Shown: one piece after another, positions 9,666 to 19,858 of the stretch
How positions within the stretch are numbered: position 1 is the first letter of the stretch
How the letters are laid out: every line of letters begins with the position of its first letter
NCBI GenBank assembly: GCA_040772485.1
Contig: JAXGYC010000009.1
Location: 482,801-546,800 of the forward strand
DNA: 64,000 nt
From: Sedimentisphaerales bacterium
Lineage (GTDB): Bacteria; Planctomycetota; Phycisphaerae; Sedimentisphaerales; Anaerobacaceae
Reading direction: 5' to 3'
Made by a program: the position numbers and the translations under genes
Notes under the pieces: generated by a model
What the model was told of the DNA's origin: nothing
The model's database searches: none
The model's input: the letters and a program-made list of their open reading frames with translations, nothing else

Positions 9666-10700
9666 ATGAAAGCGGCTGATAAGACGGGTCCAAAGCTTCA
9701 GAAGCTGACCGAGCTGTTTTCGGGCAAGACCTACCTGCTCATCATCATCCAGGACAACCCCGATCCGGACTGCATTGCTTCGGCGGTGGCCTTGCGCAAA
9801 CTGGCCAACAGCCTGGCCAATCTCCAGTGTTCCATCACGTGCGGCGGGACCGTCGGACGCGGGGAGAACCGGGCCCTCGTCAAATATCTCGGCCTGAATC
9901 TGCGCAACTGCGAGGAGATCGATTACAGCAAATTCGACCTGCTGGCGATGGTGGACACGCAGCCGGGCACGGGAAACAACTCCCTGCCGACGCAATTGCT
10001 GCCCAACATTGTCATCGATCACCATCCGATCCGCCGGCTGACGCGGGCGGTGCCCTTCACGGACATCCGCAGCGGCTACGGCTCCACCTCCACGGTTTTC
10101 GTGGAGTACCTCATCGAAGCGGGGATCACGCCGGAAACGCCCCTGGCTACGGCGCTGCTCTACGGGATTCGCTCCGATACTCAGGACCTCGGCCGCGAGG
10201 CCGCCCGGGCGGATATCGAGGCCATCCAGTTCCTCTACCCGTTCGCCAACAAGCGCATGCTCAGCGTCATCCAGCGGGGGAAGGTCCCGCGGGTGTATTA
10301 CCAGATGCTCGCGAACGCCCTGCGAAACGCTCGCGTCCAGGGGCCGGCCATCATCACCGAACTCGGCGAGATCGACAATCCCGACATGATCGCCGAAGTG
10401 GCCGACCTGCTGCTGCGCGAAGACGAGACGGCTTGGACGATGTGCACGGGCCTGTGGAACGAGAAACTCCTGATCTCCATCCGCACCTCCGAAGAGAGCA
10501 ACGTTGCCGAGAACGTGATGAAGCGCATGGTCTTTCGCAAAGGCACCGGCGGAGGCCATCTGACCTATGCCGGCGGTCAGGTCCCCCTGGCCGGCAAGAC
10601 CAAGGCCGAGCGGCAGAAGATCGAAAAACACGTCGAAGAGAAATTCCTCAAGGCCATCGGCGCCGAGGCCACGGAGAACTCTCGCCTCGTCAAAGCTTGA
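9666..10700 (+). CDS. DHH family phosphoesterase
   Basis: NPDPD, VDT, IDHH, GIRSDT and GGGH motifs. Confidence 0.88.
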   Translation: MKAADKTGPKLQKLTELFSGKTYLLIIIQDNPDPDCIASAVALRKLANSLANLQCSITCGGTVGRGENRALVKYLGLNLRNCEEIDYSKFDLLAMVDTQPGTGNNSLPTQLLPNIVIDHHPIRRLTRAVPFTDIRSGYGSTSTVFVEYLIEAGITPETPLATALLYGIRSDTQDLGREAARADIEAIQFLYPFANKRMLSVIQRGKVPRVYYQMLANALRNARVQGPAIITELGEIDNPDMIAEVADLLLREDETAWTMCTGLWNEKLLISIRTSEESNVAENVMKRMVFRKGTGGGHLTYAGGQVPLAGKTKAERQKIEKHVEEKFLKAIGAEATENSRLVKA

Positions 10701-10902
10701 CTCCGCCTCGGCTGGCGCCTGCGAGTCGCGCTTCCATGCACGACATTCCTGGGCGAGCCCGCGAGCGACAATCGCCTTGCTTTTCGTTCCGTACGTACTA
10801 CGATTGTTGTGGGCCCGTAGGCGGGGGCGCGCTTCGCTTGGGATGAGCGCACCTCCAGGGACGAATCCAGTTTGATTTTGAGCATCGTGGGAGGAAGAGA
10901 CG

Positions 10903-11529
10903 ATGACGCAGGATCGAATCGGCCGCCTGAGCTATGAATTGATCAATTGTGCCGTGATCGTGGCCCATCCGGACGACGAGACCCTCTGGGCCGGCGGAAC
11001 CATGCTGCTGCATCCGGACAGTTGCTGGACGGTTCTATCGCTGTGCCGAGGGGGCGATCCGGATCGGGCCCCCAAGTTTCACAAGGCCATGGAATGCTAC
11101 GGCGCCCGGGGGGTGATGGCGGAACTGAACGACGGGCCGGAGCAGACGCCGCTGCGGACCATTGATGTTGAGGATGCGATTGTCGATATTCTGCCCTCCG
11201 ATCGATACGACTTGATCCTGACGCACGGTCTGTGGGGCGAATATACGTCGCATCGGCGTCACGAGGAGGTGGCCAAGGCGGTGATGGCGCTGCGAGAGGG
11301 TGGACGGCTCACGGCGCAGGAAGTGTGGATGTTTGCGTATGAGGACGGCGCGAAGAAGCACCTGCCCCGCGCGATCGCCGACGCGGACGTCCACATGCGT
11401 CTGCCCCAGGACATCTGGGAGCGGAAGTACGAGATCATCCGCCGCGTATACGGCTTTGACGAGGACAGTTTCGAGGCCCGGACGACGCCGAAGGAAGAGG
11501 CGTTCTGGGTCCTGGGCAAGGGCAAGTAG
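10903..11529 (+). CDS. PIG-L/LmbE family de-N-acetylase
   Basis: VAHPDDE metal motif; LTHG..GEY..HRRH. Confidence 0.8.
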   Translation: MTQDRIGRLSYELINCAVIVAHPDDETLWAGGTMLLHPDSCWTVLSLCRGGDPDRAPKFHKAMECYGARGVMAELNDGPEQTPLRTIDVEDAIVDILPSDRYDLILTHGLWGEYTSHRRHEEVAKAVMALREGGRLTAQEVWMFAYEDGAKKHLPRAIADADVHMRLPQDIWERKYEIIRRVYGFDEDSFEARTTPKEEAFWVLGKGK

Positions 11530-11553
11530 GGGCGAATGATGATTCGCCCGTAC
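11526..11553 (+). repeat. REP-like GTAG palindrome, family A
   Basis: GTAGGGGCGAATGATGATTCGCCCGTAC; its TAG is the stop codon of the PIG-L gene. Confidence 0.75.
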
Positions 11554-11579
11554 AGCTTCGACCCGTTCGAGGGAGATCG

Positions 11580-12722
11580 ATGAAGGTTCTGGTTTTGTAC
11601 GACTATCCGCCGTCGCCGGCTGGTTTGGCCACGCAGGGACATCTGTTGCACCGGGGTCTGGCGGAGTTGGGCGTCGACGTCCATTCGGTGCATTTCGAGT
11701 CGGCGCAGGAGAAGGAATGGTATTACCGCTGGTTCGAGCCCGACGTGGTTGTCGGTGTCGGATACTGGGGGCACACCACGCATCTGGTCCTCCACCCGCA
11801 GCGTTACGGCGCGCAGCCGGTGCCCTGGCTGGTGGCCGATGGCTACATGGCCAATTACCATGAGGTGCTCGAGGCCCTGCCCCTGATTCTGGTCACCAGC
11901 AAGTGGGTCAAGCAGGTCTACATGCGTGACGGACTCAGCGGCAGGAACATCGAGGTTCTCCCCGTCGGCTGCGACACCGACGCGTTCATACCGCGCGACC
12001 CTGCCGATCCCAAAGTGGCGACCGTCCGGGAGGCACTTGGTGTGGCCCCGGACCAGATCATGATCCTGACCGTCGGTGGCGACGCGACCAGCAAGGGCGC
12101 CCAGGAGGTGATGCAGGCGCTGGCGACGATCGACACGAAGGCGCCCGACTGGAAGTACGTCTGCAAGGTCTGGCCGCAGCCGCGGACAGAGCACCAGAAT
12201 CTCATCGATCTTCAATTGGCTACGCAATTGGGCATCGAGAAGAACGTGGTCTACACGACGAACGTGATCTCGCGGAACTTCATGCCGTACTTGATCGCGG
12301 CCTGTGACATCTACGCGGCGCCGTCGCGACTCGAAGGATTCGGCATGATCCAGGTCGAAGCCAACGCCTGCGGCAAGCCGGTCATCGGCATCAAAGGGAT
12401 GGGCCTGCTCGACACCATGATCCACGGCGAGACCGCCTACCTGGCCGGCATCGCCCAGGAGGTCCGGCTGCGCGAGACCATCGTCGGCGACGAATCCGGA
12501 TACGAAGCGGGACATCGCGTGGTGTTCAAGGCGCCTCGCACCGTGGACTATCGCGCCAGCGTTCACGACATCGCCGGCTATCTTCTGGAGCTGATGCAGA
12601 ACGCCGAACGGAGAAAGAAGATGGGCCAGGCCGGACGCGAACGGGCCGTGGAGCACTTCGATTACCGCGTCGTCGCCAAAAGGTTCGTGGAGATCATTCA
12701 GAAGAGGCTCGGAATCAGTTGA
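11580..12722 (+). CDS. Glycosyltransferase family 4 (GT-B, retaining)
   Basis: ACDIYAAPSRLEGFGMIQVEANACGKPVI (E-x7-E), MGQAGRERAVEHF. Confidence 0.9.
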   Translation: MKVLVLYDYPPSPAGLATQGHLLHRGLAELGVDVHSVHFESAQEKEWYYRWFEPDVVVGVGYWGHTTHLVLHPQRYGAQPVPWLVADGYMANYHEVLEALPLILVTSKWVKQVYMRDGLSGRNIEVLPVGCDTDAFIPRDPADPKVATVREALGVAPDQIMILTVGGDATSKGAQEVMQALATIDTKAPDWKYVCKVWPQPRTEHQNLIDLQLATQLGIEKNVVYTTNVISRNFMPYLIAACDIYAAPSRLEGFGMIQVEANACGKPVIGIKGMGLLDTMIHGETAYLAGIAQEVRLRETIVGDESGYEAGHRVVFKAPRTVDYRASVHDIAGYLLELMQNAERRKKMGQAGRERAVEHFDYRVVAKRFVEIIQKRLGIS

Positions 12723-12723
12723 C

Positions 12724-13911
12724 ATGACATCGTCGGACGCCAAGCTCATCGAGCGCGCCAAGGCGGCTGCTGTCGAGGTCCTTCTGCACAACCTGCACGG
12801 TTCGTACCGGGGGCTGCCTCGCACGGCCGGATGGGGATATCCGGAGCCTTACACACGTGATTTGATGATCGCCACGCTCGGTGTTCTGGTCGCCGGCAAC
12901 GACGAGCTTGTCAAGGTGTGGCGCCGCACCTTCGAAGTCCTTGCGTCCAACCAGAGTCCCCTGGGGCACATTCCATCGCTGGTGCACGATCGCGAAGACC
13001 GCGGCGCCAGTGACACCACGCCGCTGTTCCTGCTGGCCGTTGCGCTGTTTCGCCTCCACACGGGCGAGCCGGATTTCCTGAAGGAAGCCGTCGACAAGGC
13101 GCTGACCTGGATGGCCTATCGCAGTCCTTCGGATCGCGTCCTGGTCGCGCAGCTTCCGACCAGCGACTGGCGCGACGAACAGTGGGTCCTGGGCTACGGT
13201 CTGTACGTCAACACGGTGCTCTATGCCGCGCTGCGCCTTCTGGGCAGTCACGATCGGGCCGATGTGCTGCACGAGATGATGGAGCATTTCACCGTCAAGG
13301 GGGAGCGGCAGCAGCGCCATGTCCACGAAGGGCTCGTGGTGCCCTGCAAGCCGTACTACGCCCTGTGGTCGTACAAGGTCTATCGCAGCGAGCGTTTCGA
13401 TCTACTGGGCAACAGCCTGGCGATTCTCTCGGGGATCGCCTCGCCCACGCGGGCTGGTCATCTGGTGACGTGGATCGAGGGCGAATGTGCGGCGTTGCGG
13501 CGGAACGGGCTTCTGGCGGTCGGTCTGCCCCCGAATTTCTTCCCCTACATCCGGCCGGAAGACCCCGATTGGATGCCGCGATACGCCAAGTACAACCAGC
13601 CGGGTGAGTACCACAACGGCGGGGTCTGGCCGTTCATCTGCGGTTTCTACATCGCCTCGCTCGTAGCCGCCGGGCGATATCGACTGGCCGAACGAACGCT
13701 GCTGGCCCTGACCGAACTGATTCGCGGCCGGCGCGCCGCCGAAGTCGAGTTCGGTTTCAACGAATGGCACCGGGCCCAGGACGGCACGCCCCGCGGCGAA
13801 GACTGGCAAACCTGGTCGGCGGCCATGTATCTCTACGCCGCCCACTGCGTGCAGACGCAGACAACGCCGTTCTTCGACCGCTGTCGTCAGGCGCGGCCGA
13901 GTGGACGATAG
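12724..13911 (+). CDS. Six-hairpin glycosidase (GH100 / amylo-alpha-1,6-glucosidase-like)
   Basis: YTRD, SDWRDE, RFDLLGNSLAIL, YHNGGVWPF, FNEW..QTWSAAMY. Confidence 0.75.
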   Translation: MTSSDAKLIERAKAAAVEVLLHNLHGSYRGLPRTAGWGYPEPYTRDLMIATLGVLVAGNDELVKVWRRTFEVLASNQSPLGHIPSLVHDREDRGASDTTPLFLLAVALFRLHTGEPDFLKEAVDKALTWMAYRSPSDRVLVAQLPTSDWRDEQWVLGYGLYVNTVLYAALRLLGSHDRADVLHEMMEHFTVKGERQQRHVHEGLVVPCKPYYALWSYKVYRSERFDLLGNSLAILSGIASPTRAGHLVTWIEGECAALRRNGLLAVGLPPNFFPYIRPEDPDWMPRYAKYNQPGEYHNGGVWPFICGFYIASLVAAGRYRLAERTLLALTELIRGRRAAEVEFGFNEWHRAQDGTPRGEDWQTWSAAMYLYAAHCVQTQTTPFFDRCRQARPSGR

Positions 13912-13912
13912 C

Positions 13913-16066
13913 TCATCTTCTGCTCTGCATCCCAAGCACGTCGAAGAGGAAGGTGTAGATGTCGGCCTGTTCTTCGATGGCCTTGGAGACGGGCTTTCCG
14001 CCTCCATGTCCGGCCTTGGTCTCGACCCGCAGCAGGATAGGATTGTCGCCGACCGCCTTCTCCTGAAGCGTTGCGGCGAACTTCTTGGCGTGCAGCGGCA
14101 CGACTCGGTCGTCCGTATCGGCCGACGTAATCAGGATCGGAGGATATCCGACGCCCGCCTTGACGTTGTGCAGGGGAGAGTAGGCGTAGAGATAGTCAAA
14201 CTCCTGCTTGCTGGCTTCGGCATTGCCATACTCGGGGACCCAGTAGCGGCCCACCGTGAACTTGTGGTAGCGCAGCATGTCGATCACCGGGACCTGGCAG
14301 ACGACCGCCCCATGAAGGTGGGGCCGCTGGAGCATACAGGCGGCCACGAGCAGGCCGCCATTGCTGCCGCCGCGAATCGCCAGCTTCGCGGGGTGGGTGT
14401 AGTTGTTTTCGATGAGCCATTCGGCCGCCGCGATGAAGTCGTCGAAGACGTTCTGTTTGTTTTCGAGCATGCCCGCCTGGTGCCACGATTCGCCGTACTC
14501 GCTGCCGCCTCGCATATTGGCCTGGACGTAGACGCCTCCGGCTTCGAGCCAGGCGAGCGTCGACGTCGAGAACCCCGGCATGATGTTGATATTGAAGCCG
14601 CCGTATCCGTACAGCAGCGTCGGATGGCTCCCGTCCAATGTCAGACCTTTGCGGTGCGTGATGAACATGGGAATGCGGGTCCCGTCCTTGGAAGTGCAGA
14701 AGACCTGTCTGGTCTCATACGCCGCCAGATCGAAGTCGATCTCGGGCTGGTGGATCACGCGCAGCTCGTTTGAACGCAGGTCGTAGCCCAAACTCGTGCT
14801 CGGATACAGAAACGAGGTGAAGCTGAAGAACATCTCCGGATCGTCCTGCCGGCCCGAGAGACCGCCGATGGTCCCGAGGCCGGGCAAGTCGATGTCACGA
14901 ATGTACTGACCGTCGAGGTGGAAGACCTTGAGCCGGTGATGCACATCGTGCATGCAGACGAGCACGAGTTGGTTGTCGACCCAGGCGGCGTAGTCGATCA
15001 CGCCGTCGCTCTCTGGTATCACTGTGCTCCAGTGAGTTCGCTCGGGCCGGTCGGTGTCAATGGCTATGATGCGTCCCTTCGGAGCATCTGAGTTGGTCAG
15101 GAAGTAGAAGATGGGCCCCTGATTGCCGAGGAAATCGTATCGTGCGTCGGCCTCATCGAGCAGCCGGACGAACGGACCGTCGCCTTTGAGCGGCCGGTAG
15201 TACACGCGATTCCTCGGATCGGTCCCATGATGAAGGTAGAGCACGAGATACCGGCCGTCTTCGGTGACGACCGGGGCGAGGCTCAGCTCTTTGTTGTCGG
15301 GTCGTTCGTAGATCAGGACATCGGCCGACTGCGGCGTCCCGAGCCGATGCCAGTATAGGCGGTTGTAGTTCATGCGGTCTTCCTCCGAGACCGTGTTCGG
15401 ATCGGGAAACCGGCTGTAGAAGAACCCGCTGCCGTCGTGGTGCCAGGCGATGGTTGTGAAGCGGCACCATTGCAGGACCTCATCGAGATCCATCCCCCAG
15501 TTGACCTCCCGAATCCGCACCTCCTGCTCGTCACTGCCGCTGTGTGAAAGCCCATACGCCAGCTTCGTGCCGTCCCAGCTCAGCGCCGCCGTGGTCACCG
15601 CCACGGTGCCGTCGGCGCTGAGCACGTTCGGATTGACCACGACTTTGGCTTCCCCATCCAGCGCGTCCTGAACGTACAGGACCGATTGGTTTTGAAGTCC
15701 GTCGTTCTTCCAGAAGAAGTACCGTCCGCCTTGTTTCGACGGGGACGAATAGCGCGGATAGTTCGTCAGAGATTCCAGCCGGGCTTTGATCCTCTCTCGT
15801 GCGCCGGTGCGAGCAAGAAACCGCTCGGTGAGGTCGTTCTGCCGGGCGACCCACGTCTGCGTCTCGTCCGAGTCGGCGTCTTCGAGCCAGCGATAGGGGT
15901 CGGCCACCTCCGTTCCGTGATAGGTGTCGACAACCGCTTCCTTGCGGGCTTGCGGATAGGCCGGCCGGCGCTGTGCCGTGGTTGTGGTCGAAGGGCGATG
16001 ACAGCCTGTGCCCAGGGTGGCGATCAGGGTGAGTATTGCTGACGTCCAGACGGATCGTTTGTTCAT
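13913..16066 (-). CDS. Prolyl oligopeptidase (S9A), predicted lipoprotein
   Basis: ADPYRWLED, GGSNGGL nucleophile, DDRV, AGHG; signal peptide with LGTGC. Confidence 0.93.
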   Translation of the reverse strand: MNKRSVWTSAILTLIATLGTGCHRPSTTTTAQRRPAYPQARKEAVVDTYHGTEVADPYRWLEDADSDETQTWVARQNDLTERFLARTGARERIKARLESLTNYPRYSSPSKQGGRYFFWKNDGLQNQSVLYVQDALDGEAKVVVNPNVLSADGTVAVTTAALSWDGTKLAYGLSHSGSDEQEVRIREVNWGMDLDEVLQWCRFTTIAWHHDGSGFFYSRFPDPNTVSEEDRMNYNRLYWHRLGTPQSADVLIYERPDNKELSLAPVVTEDGRYLVLYLHHGTDPRNRVYYRPLKGDGPFVRLLDEADARYDFLGNQGPIFYFLTNSDAPKGRIIAIDTDRPERTHWSTVIPESDGVIDYAAWVDNQLVLVCMHDVHHRLKVFHLDGQYIRDIDLPGLGTIGGLSGRQDDPEMFFSFTSFLYPSTSLGYDLRSNELRVIHQPEIDFDLAAYETRQVFCTSKDGTRIPMFITHRKGLTLDGSHPTLLYGYGGFNINIMPGFSTSTLAWLEAGGVYVQANMRGGSEYGESWHQAGMLENKQNVFDDFIAAAEWLIENNYTHPAKLAIRGGSNGGLLVAACMLQRPHLHGAVVCQVPVIDMLRYHKFTVGRYWVPEYGNAEASKQEFDYLYAYSPLHNVKAGVGYPPILITSADTDDRVVPLHAKKFAATLQEKAVGDNPILLRVETKAGHGGGKPVSKAIEEQADIYTFLFDVLGMQSRR

Positions 16067-16364
16067 CTGCGGTTCTCCATTCGTGGTCGGTTTTGTGTCC
16101 GGTTGCATTTGCGGGGCCTATTGAACGGGCTGTCCCCGGCTTTGTCAAACAGGAGCAGGGACAAAACAGCCCGTTCGACCGGGTCCCGGCCCCGCCGGAG
16201 TTCCGAGGAAGGCGGATGCGCCTGGCGACCTCAAAATAGACAAGGTGAACAGCGATTCTCGCGGTCAATATAGGAAAAACTGTTGAATTCTCCCGGATCG
16301 GGCAGTACGATGCAGGTGACGTGCCCCGGCTTGATCTGTGCGCCCGACGGCGAGGTGACGACGT

Positions 16365-16682
16365 ATGGCTGAACCGACCCGAACCAGCAAGGACCGCGAA
16401 GATGCGGAGGTGGAAAAGGCCGTTCATGACCCTCAGGGCGGTCTGGCCGACTACGTCAGCCATCTCAGTGCCGAGCACAGAATGCTGGTGGCGCTGAAGA
16501 GCCAGTTGTATGGCGGTTCCTGGGAGCCCATGCTGGACGATCTGCGGAATCGTCTCGCGGGCAAACCGTACATCTTCAAGTTGGTCAACCGAATCCAGGA
16601 GGACATTGAGCGCATCGAGGAGATGAAACGCTTCGAGGCCGAGTACGGCATCGACCTGGCGGACTGCGTCGAGATGCCGTGA
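16365..16682 (+). CDS. Conserved-looking small helical hypothetical protein
   Basis: RBS GAGGTG; typical codon usage; LYGGSW..MLDDLRNRLAGKPYIFKL. Confidence 0.7.
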   Translation: MAEPTRTSKDREDAEVEKAVHDPQGGLADYVSHLSAEHRMLVALKSQLYGGSWEPMLDDLRNRLAGKPYIFKLVNRIQEDIERIEEMKRFEAEYGIDLADCVEMP

Positions 16683-16760
16683 GCGCCGGGCAGGCGGTGC
16701 CGTGCACGCCGCTTGCCTGGGGTGAGTGTGAGGGTGGCCCTTCTTGCGAGGACGTGGAAT

Positions 16761-17867
16761 ATGCGAAGAACGGTGATGCAAAAGACGTGGCTCTTCCTGG
16801 CGATGGGTGCGCTGCTGAGTGTTCCTGCGACCGGGGACGGCGCTCATGGTTTAGAGTGGCTCGTATCCAAAGACCTGCTGGATCCGTTGAGACTGACTTC
16901 CGTTTGGCAGACGACGGTCCCGATACGCCAGGGCGAGCGCCTGGAGATGCTGATGGTCCTGGGCGACCGGCTGTACGTGCGGTCGGCGGAGAACCACGTG
17001 TGGTCGCTGGACCGTCACAGCGGCAACGTTCTCTTCAGCAGCTCGATCGCGCCGGCGGGTTTTCCCGTCTTCGGATGGAACGCCTACGGCGACCGACTGA
17101 TCACGGTGATCGACAACCAGCTCGTTGAGTTGGATGCGAACGCCGGGACTCGCCGGCGAGTTGCCGACCTGGGAGTGAGTGTCATTGCCCCCGTCGTTCG
17201 GAACAGCGAGTTCTTCTATGTCAGCGCCGCCGACCGCCGTCTCCATGCCTTCCGGGCCCGCAACCTGATCGAGATATTCAAGGCCTCCGCCGACAACGAT
17301 TCGCTGATTACCTCGGTCATTGCCGACGAGGACATGGTCGTGTTCGCCACGGACGCGGGCAATCTGGTCGCGATGGCGCCGGATGGGCCGAGGAAGCTCT
17401 GGCAGTTCGATGCTGTCGGAGCGATGGCCGGGCCGGTTATTCGCGACGGCCGTTCGTTCTTCTTCGCCAATAAGGACACCTGTGTCTATCGCGTCGATGC
17501 GACCGGGACCAACAGCGTCTCGTTCGCCTGGAAGTATCAGACCGAAGCGATTCTGGATCGCGCACCGCGCGTCACGGCCGCCGCGGTCTATCAATATGCC
17601 CCCGGTCGCGGCGTCACCGCGATCGGCCGGAACTCGGGCAAGGCCTTGTGGTCCCTTCCCGAAGGGGTCGATCTGCTCGCCGAGGCCGGCAACAAGGCCT
17701 ATGTGTTTACCAAGGACCGGACGCTGGTGGTCATGGACAACGCGTCGGGCCGCAGGCTGCTCTGGGTGAACTTCGCGGAGGTGTCCGACTATGCGACCAA
17801 CGTGGCCGATGCGAAGATCTATGTCGCCGGCCAGCGCGGACGTATCCTGTGTGTCCAGCCGATGTAG
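16761..17867 (+). CDS. PQQ-like beta-propeller repeat protein (BamB-like), secreted
   Basis: Signal peptide; repeated G-x-x-L-W / L-x-A-x-D blades. Confidence 0.75.
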   Translation: MRRTVMQKTWLFLAMGALLSVPATGDGAHGLEWLVSKDLLDPLRLTSVWQTTVPIRQGERLEMLMVLGDRLYVRSAENHVWSLDRHSGNVLFSSSIAPAGFPVFGWNAYGDRLITVIDNQLVELDANAGTRRRVADLGVSVIAPVVRNSEFFYVSAADRRLHAFRARNLIEIFKASADNDSLITSVIADEDMVVFATDAGNLVAMAPDGPRKLWQFDAVGAMAGPVIRDGRSFFFANKDTCVYRVDATGTNSVSFAWKYQTEAILDRAPRVTAAAVYQYAPGRGVTAIGRNSGKALWSLPEGVDLLAEAGNKAYVFTKDRTLVVMDNASGRRLLWVNFAEVSDYATNVADAKIYVAGQRGRILCVQPM

Positions 17868-17942
17868 GATGGGCTTTCGGCCGAGTGGTGCGAACCGGAA
17901 TCCTTGTACGACAACGAAACGAACCAAGGAGAAGGAGTTGAA

Positions 17943-19553
17943 ATGGACGTCACTATCAAGACCGCTCTGATCAGCGTCTCCGACAAGACCGGGGTCGTCG
18001 ATTTTGCCAAGGCCCTGGCCCAGATGGGTGTCAAGATCATCAGCACCGGCGGCACCGCCGCCAAGCTGGCCCAAGCCGGCGTGCAGGTGGTCAGCATCGA
18101 CTCGGTGACAGGTTTCCCCGAGATGATGGACGGCCGGGTCAAGACCCTTCATCCCAAGATTCATGGCGCGTTGCTCGGCCTGCGGGACAAGAAGGAGCAT
18201 GTCGAGGCCATGACCGAACACGGGATCGAGCCGATCGATCTGGTCTGCGTCAACCTTTATCCGTTCGAAGCGACCGTGGCAAAGGCGGATTGCCCGTTCG
18301 AGGAGGCGATCGAGAACATCGACATCGGGGGACCGAGCATGATTCGCTCGGCGGCCAAGAACCACAAGTTCGTCGCGGTCGTCACCGATCCCGGCCAGTA
18401 TGCCCAGGTCATCGAGCAGATGCGCAACAACAATGGCGCCGTCAGCGGCGTGCTGCGCAGCGACCTGGCGCGCGCGGCCTTCAGCCTGACGGCGGCGTAC
18501 GACGCCGCGATCTCGCGGTACCTCCATGCCAAGGCGGGCGTCGAGTTCCCGAACCGGATCTCCATCGCCCTGACGCGCGAGACGACCCTGCGCTACGGCG
18601 AGAATCCGCACCAGACCGCGGCGCTGTACAAGCTCCCGGCTGGCGCAGAGCCTTCGGTCTGCAGCGGCAGACTCCTGGAATGCGGCACGGAAATCAGCTT
18701 CAATAACCTGCTCGACGCCAACGCCGCCTTCGAGCTGGTCAAGGAATTCGACGAGCCGGCCGCGGTCGTGGTCAAGCATCTGAATCCATGCGGGTGCGCC
18801 GTTGATGAGGACATCACCGTCGCGTATCGCAAGGCCTACGAGGGCGACGTGGTCAGCGCGTTCGGCGGGATCATCGCGGTCAACCGGCCCGTCAACATCG
18901 AGCTGGCCCAGACGATCATGGAGTCCTACGGCCGATTCGGCAAGGCGCTCGGCGCCAGCGGCTTCTTCGCCGAGGTGGTTATCTCGCCGCGATTTGAGGA
19001 AGACGCCATCGAGATCATCCGGACGTTGAAGACCTGGGGCAGCCGGGTCCGCCTGATCGAAACCGGGCCGATCGACCGCACGAGGATCGATACCTCCGAG
19101 TTCGACGTGCGCTGCATCATCGGCGGTCTGCTGCTCCAGAAGCGCGACTTGGCGGGCTGGGAACCCGAGGTTGTAACGTGCCCGACGCAGACCAAGCCCA
19201 CGGCCGAGCAGCTTGAAGATCTGCGCGTGGCCTGGCTGGTGGCCAAACACACCAAGAGCAACACGATCATCCTCGCCAAGAACCGGCGCATCCTCGGCGT
19301 CGGCGCCGGCCAGATGAACCGCGTCGAGTCCGGACTGTTGGCCATGAAACAGGCAGGCGAGGAGGCTCGCGGCGCCGTGATGGCGTCCGATGCATTCTTC
19401 CCGTTCCCTGACAACGTGGACAACGCCGCCAAGGCGGGTATCGCCGCGATCGTACAGCCCGGCGGATCGAAGAAGGACCCCGAGGTCATTGCGGCCGCCG
19501 ATGCCCACGGCATCGCCATGGTCTTCACGGGAAAACGCCACTTCAAGCACTGA
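17943..19553 (+). CDS. purH: Bifunctional AICAR transformylase / IMP cyclohydrolase
   Basis: ALISVSDKTG, GRVKTLHP, IDIGGP, LRYGENPHQ, ASDAFFPF, QPGGS, RHFKH. Confidence 0.97.
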   Translation: MDVTIKTALISVSDKTGVVDFAKALAQMGVKIISTGGTAAKLAQAGVQVVSIDSVTGFPEMMDGRVKTLHPKIHGALLGLRDKKEHVEAMTEHGIEPIDLVCVNLYPFEATVAKADCPFEEAIENIDIGGPSMIRSAAKNHKFVAVVTDPGQYAQVIEQMRNNNGAVSGVLRSDLARAAFSLTAAYDAAISRYLHAKAGVEFPNRISIALTRETTLRYGENPHQTAALYKLPAGAEPSVCSGRLLECGTEISFNNLLDANAAFELVKEFDEPAAVVVKHLNPCGCAVDEDITVAYRKAYEGDVVSAFGGIIAVNRPVNIELAQTIMESYGRFGKALGASGFFAEVVISPRFEEDAIEIIRTLKTWGSRVRLIETGPIDRTRIDTSEFDVRCIIGGLLLQKRDLAGWEPEVVTCPTQTKPTAEQLEDLRVAWLVAKHTKSNTIILAKNRRILGVGAGQMNRVESGLLAMKQAGEEARGAVMASDAFFPFPDNVDNAAKAGIAAIVQPGGSKKDPEVIAAADAHGIAMVFTGKRHFKH

Positions 19554-19858
19554 TCCTGCACCTGGGCGCCCGATCTGTGGTGGCAAACAGCCATTCCCTG
19601 CGACAAGCTGCCAGATGTCGGCGTCCGCGCAAAGCCTATCATGCCCACAGGAATAATATAAGTTTATCGAAACCCGCCCCGGCGCCGCTCGTATCTTTTC
19701 CATCGGGAGTGACGACAGCGAGGCATGGCAAGTGAACAGGCGACAGGTGGCAGACTCAAGCCCTCAAGATTTGGGTATGGCTTGCCCTTGGGAGTCATGA
19801 CCAAGCTGCGCTTGAGGCGGCCATCCTCCGAGGTGAGTTCTTGGGAGGTAACCACAAG

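Noticed and set aside
19580..19640. c-di-GMP-I riboswitch-like words GGCAAAC...GCGCAAAGCC
   Set aside because: No GNRA-capped stem between the words and no downstream receptor helix.
16851..19703. Long antisense ORFs (e.g. 950 aa here; also 8649-10631, 37733-39667, 52142-53974)
   Set aside because: These are shadow frames of well-supported genes in high-GC DNA, with Arg/Gly-rich composition and no motifs.
19771..19786. Sigma54 promoter upstream of osmC
   Set aside because: GG-to-GC spacing is 9 nt, not the required 10.
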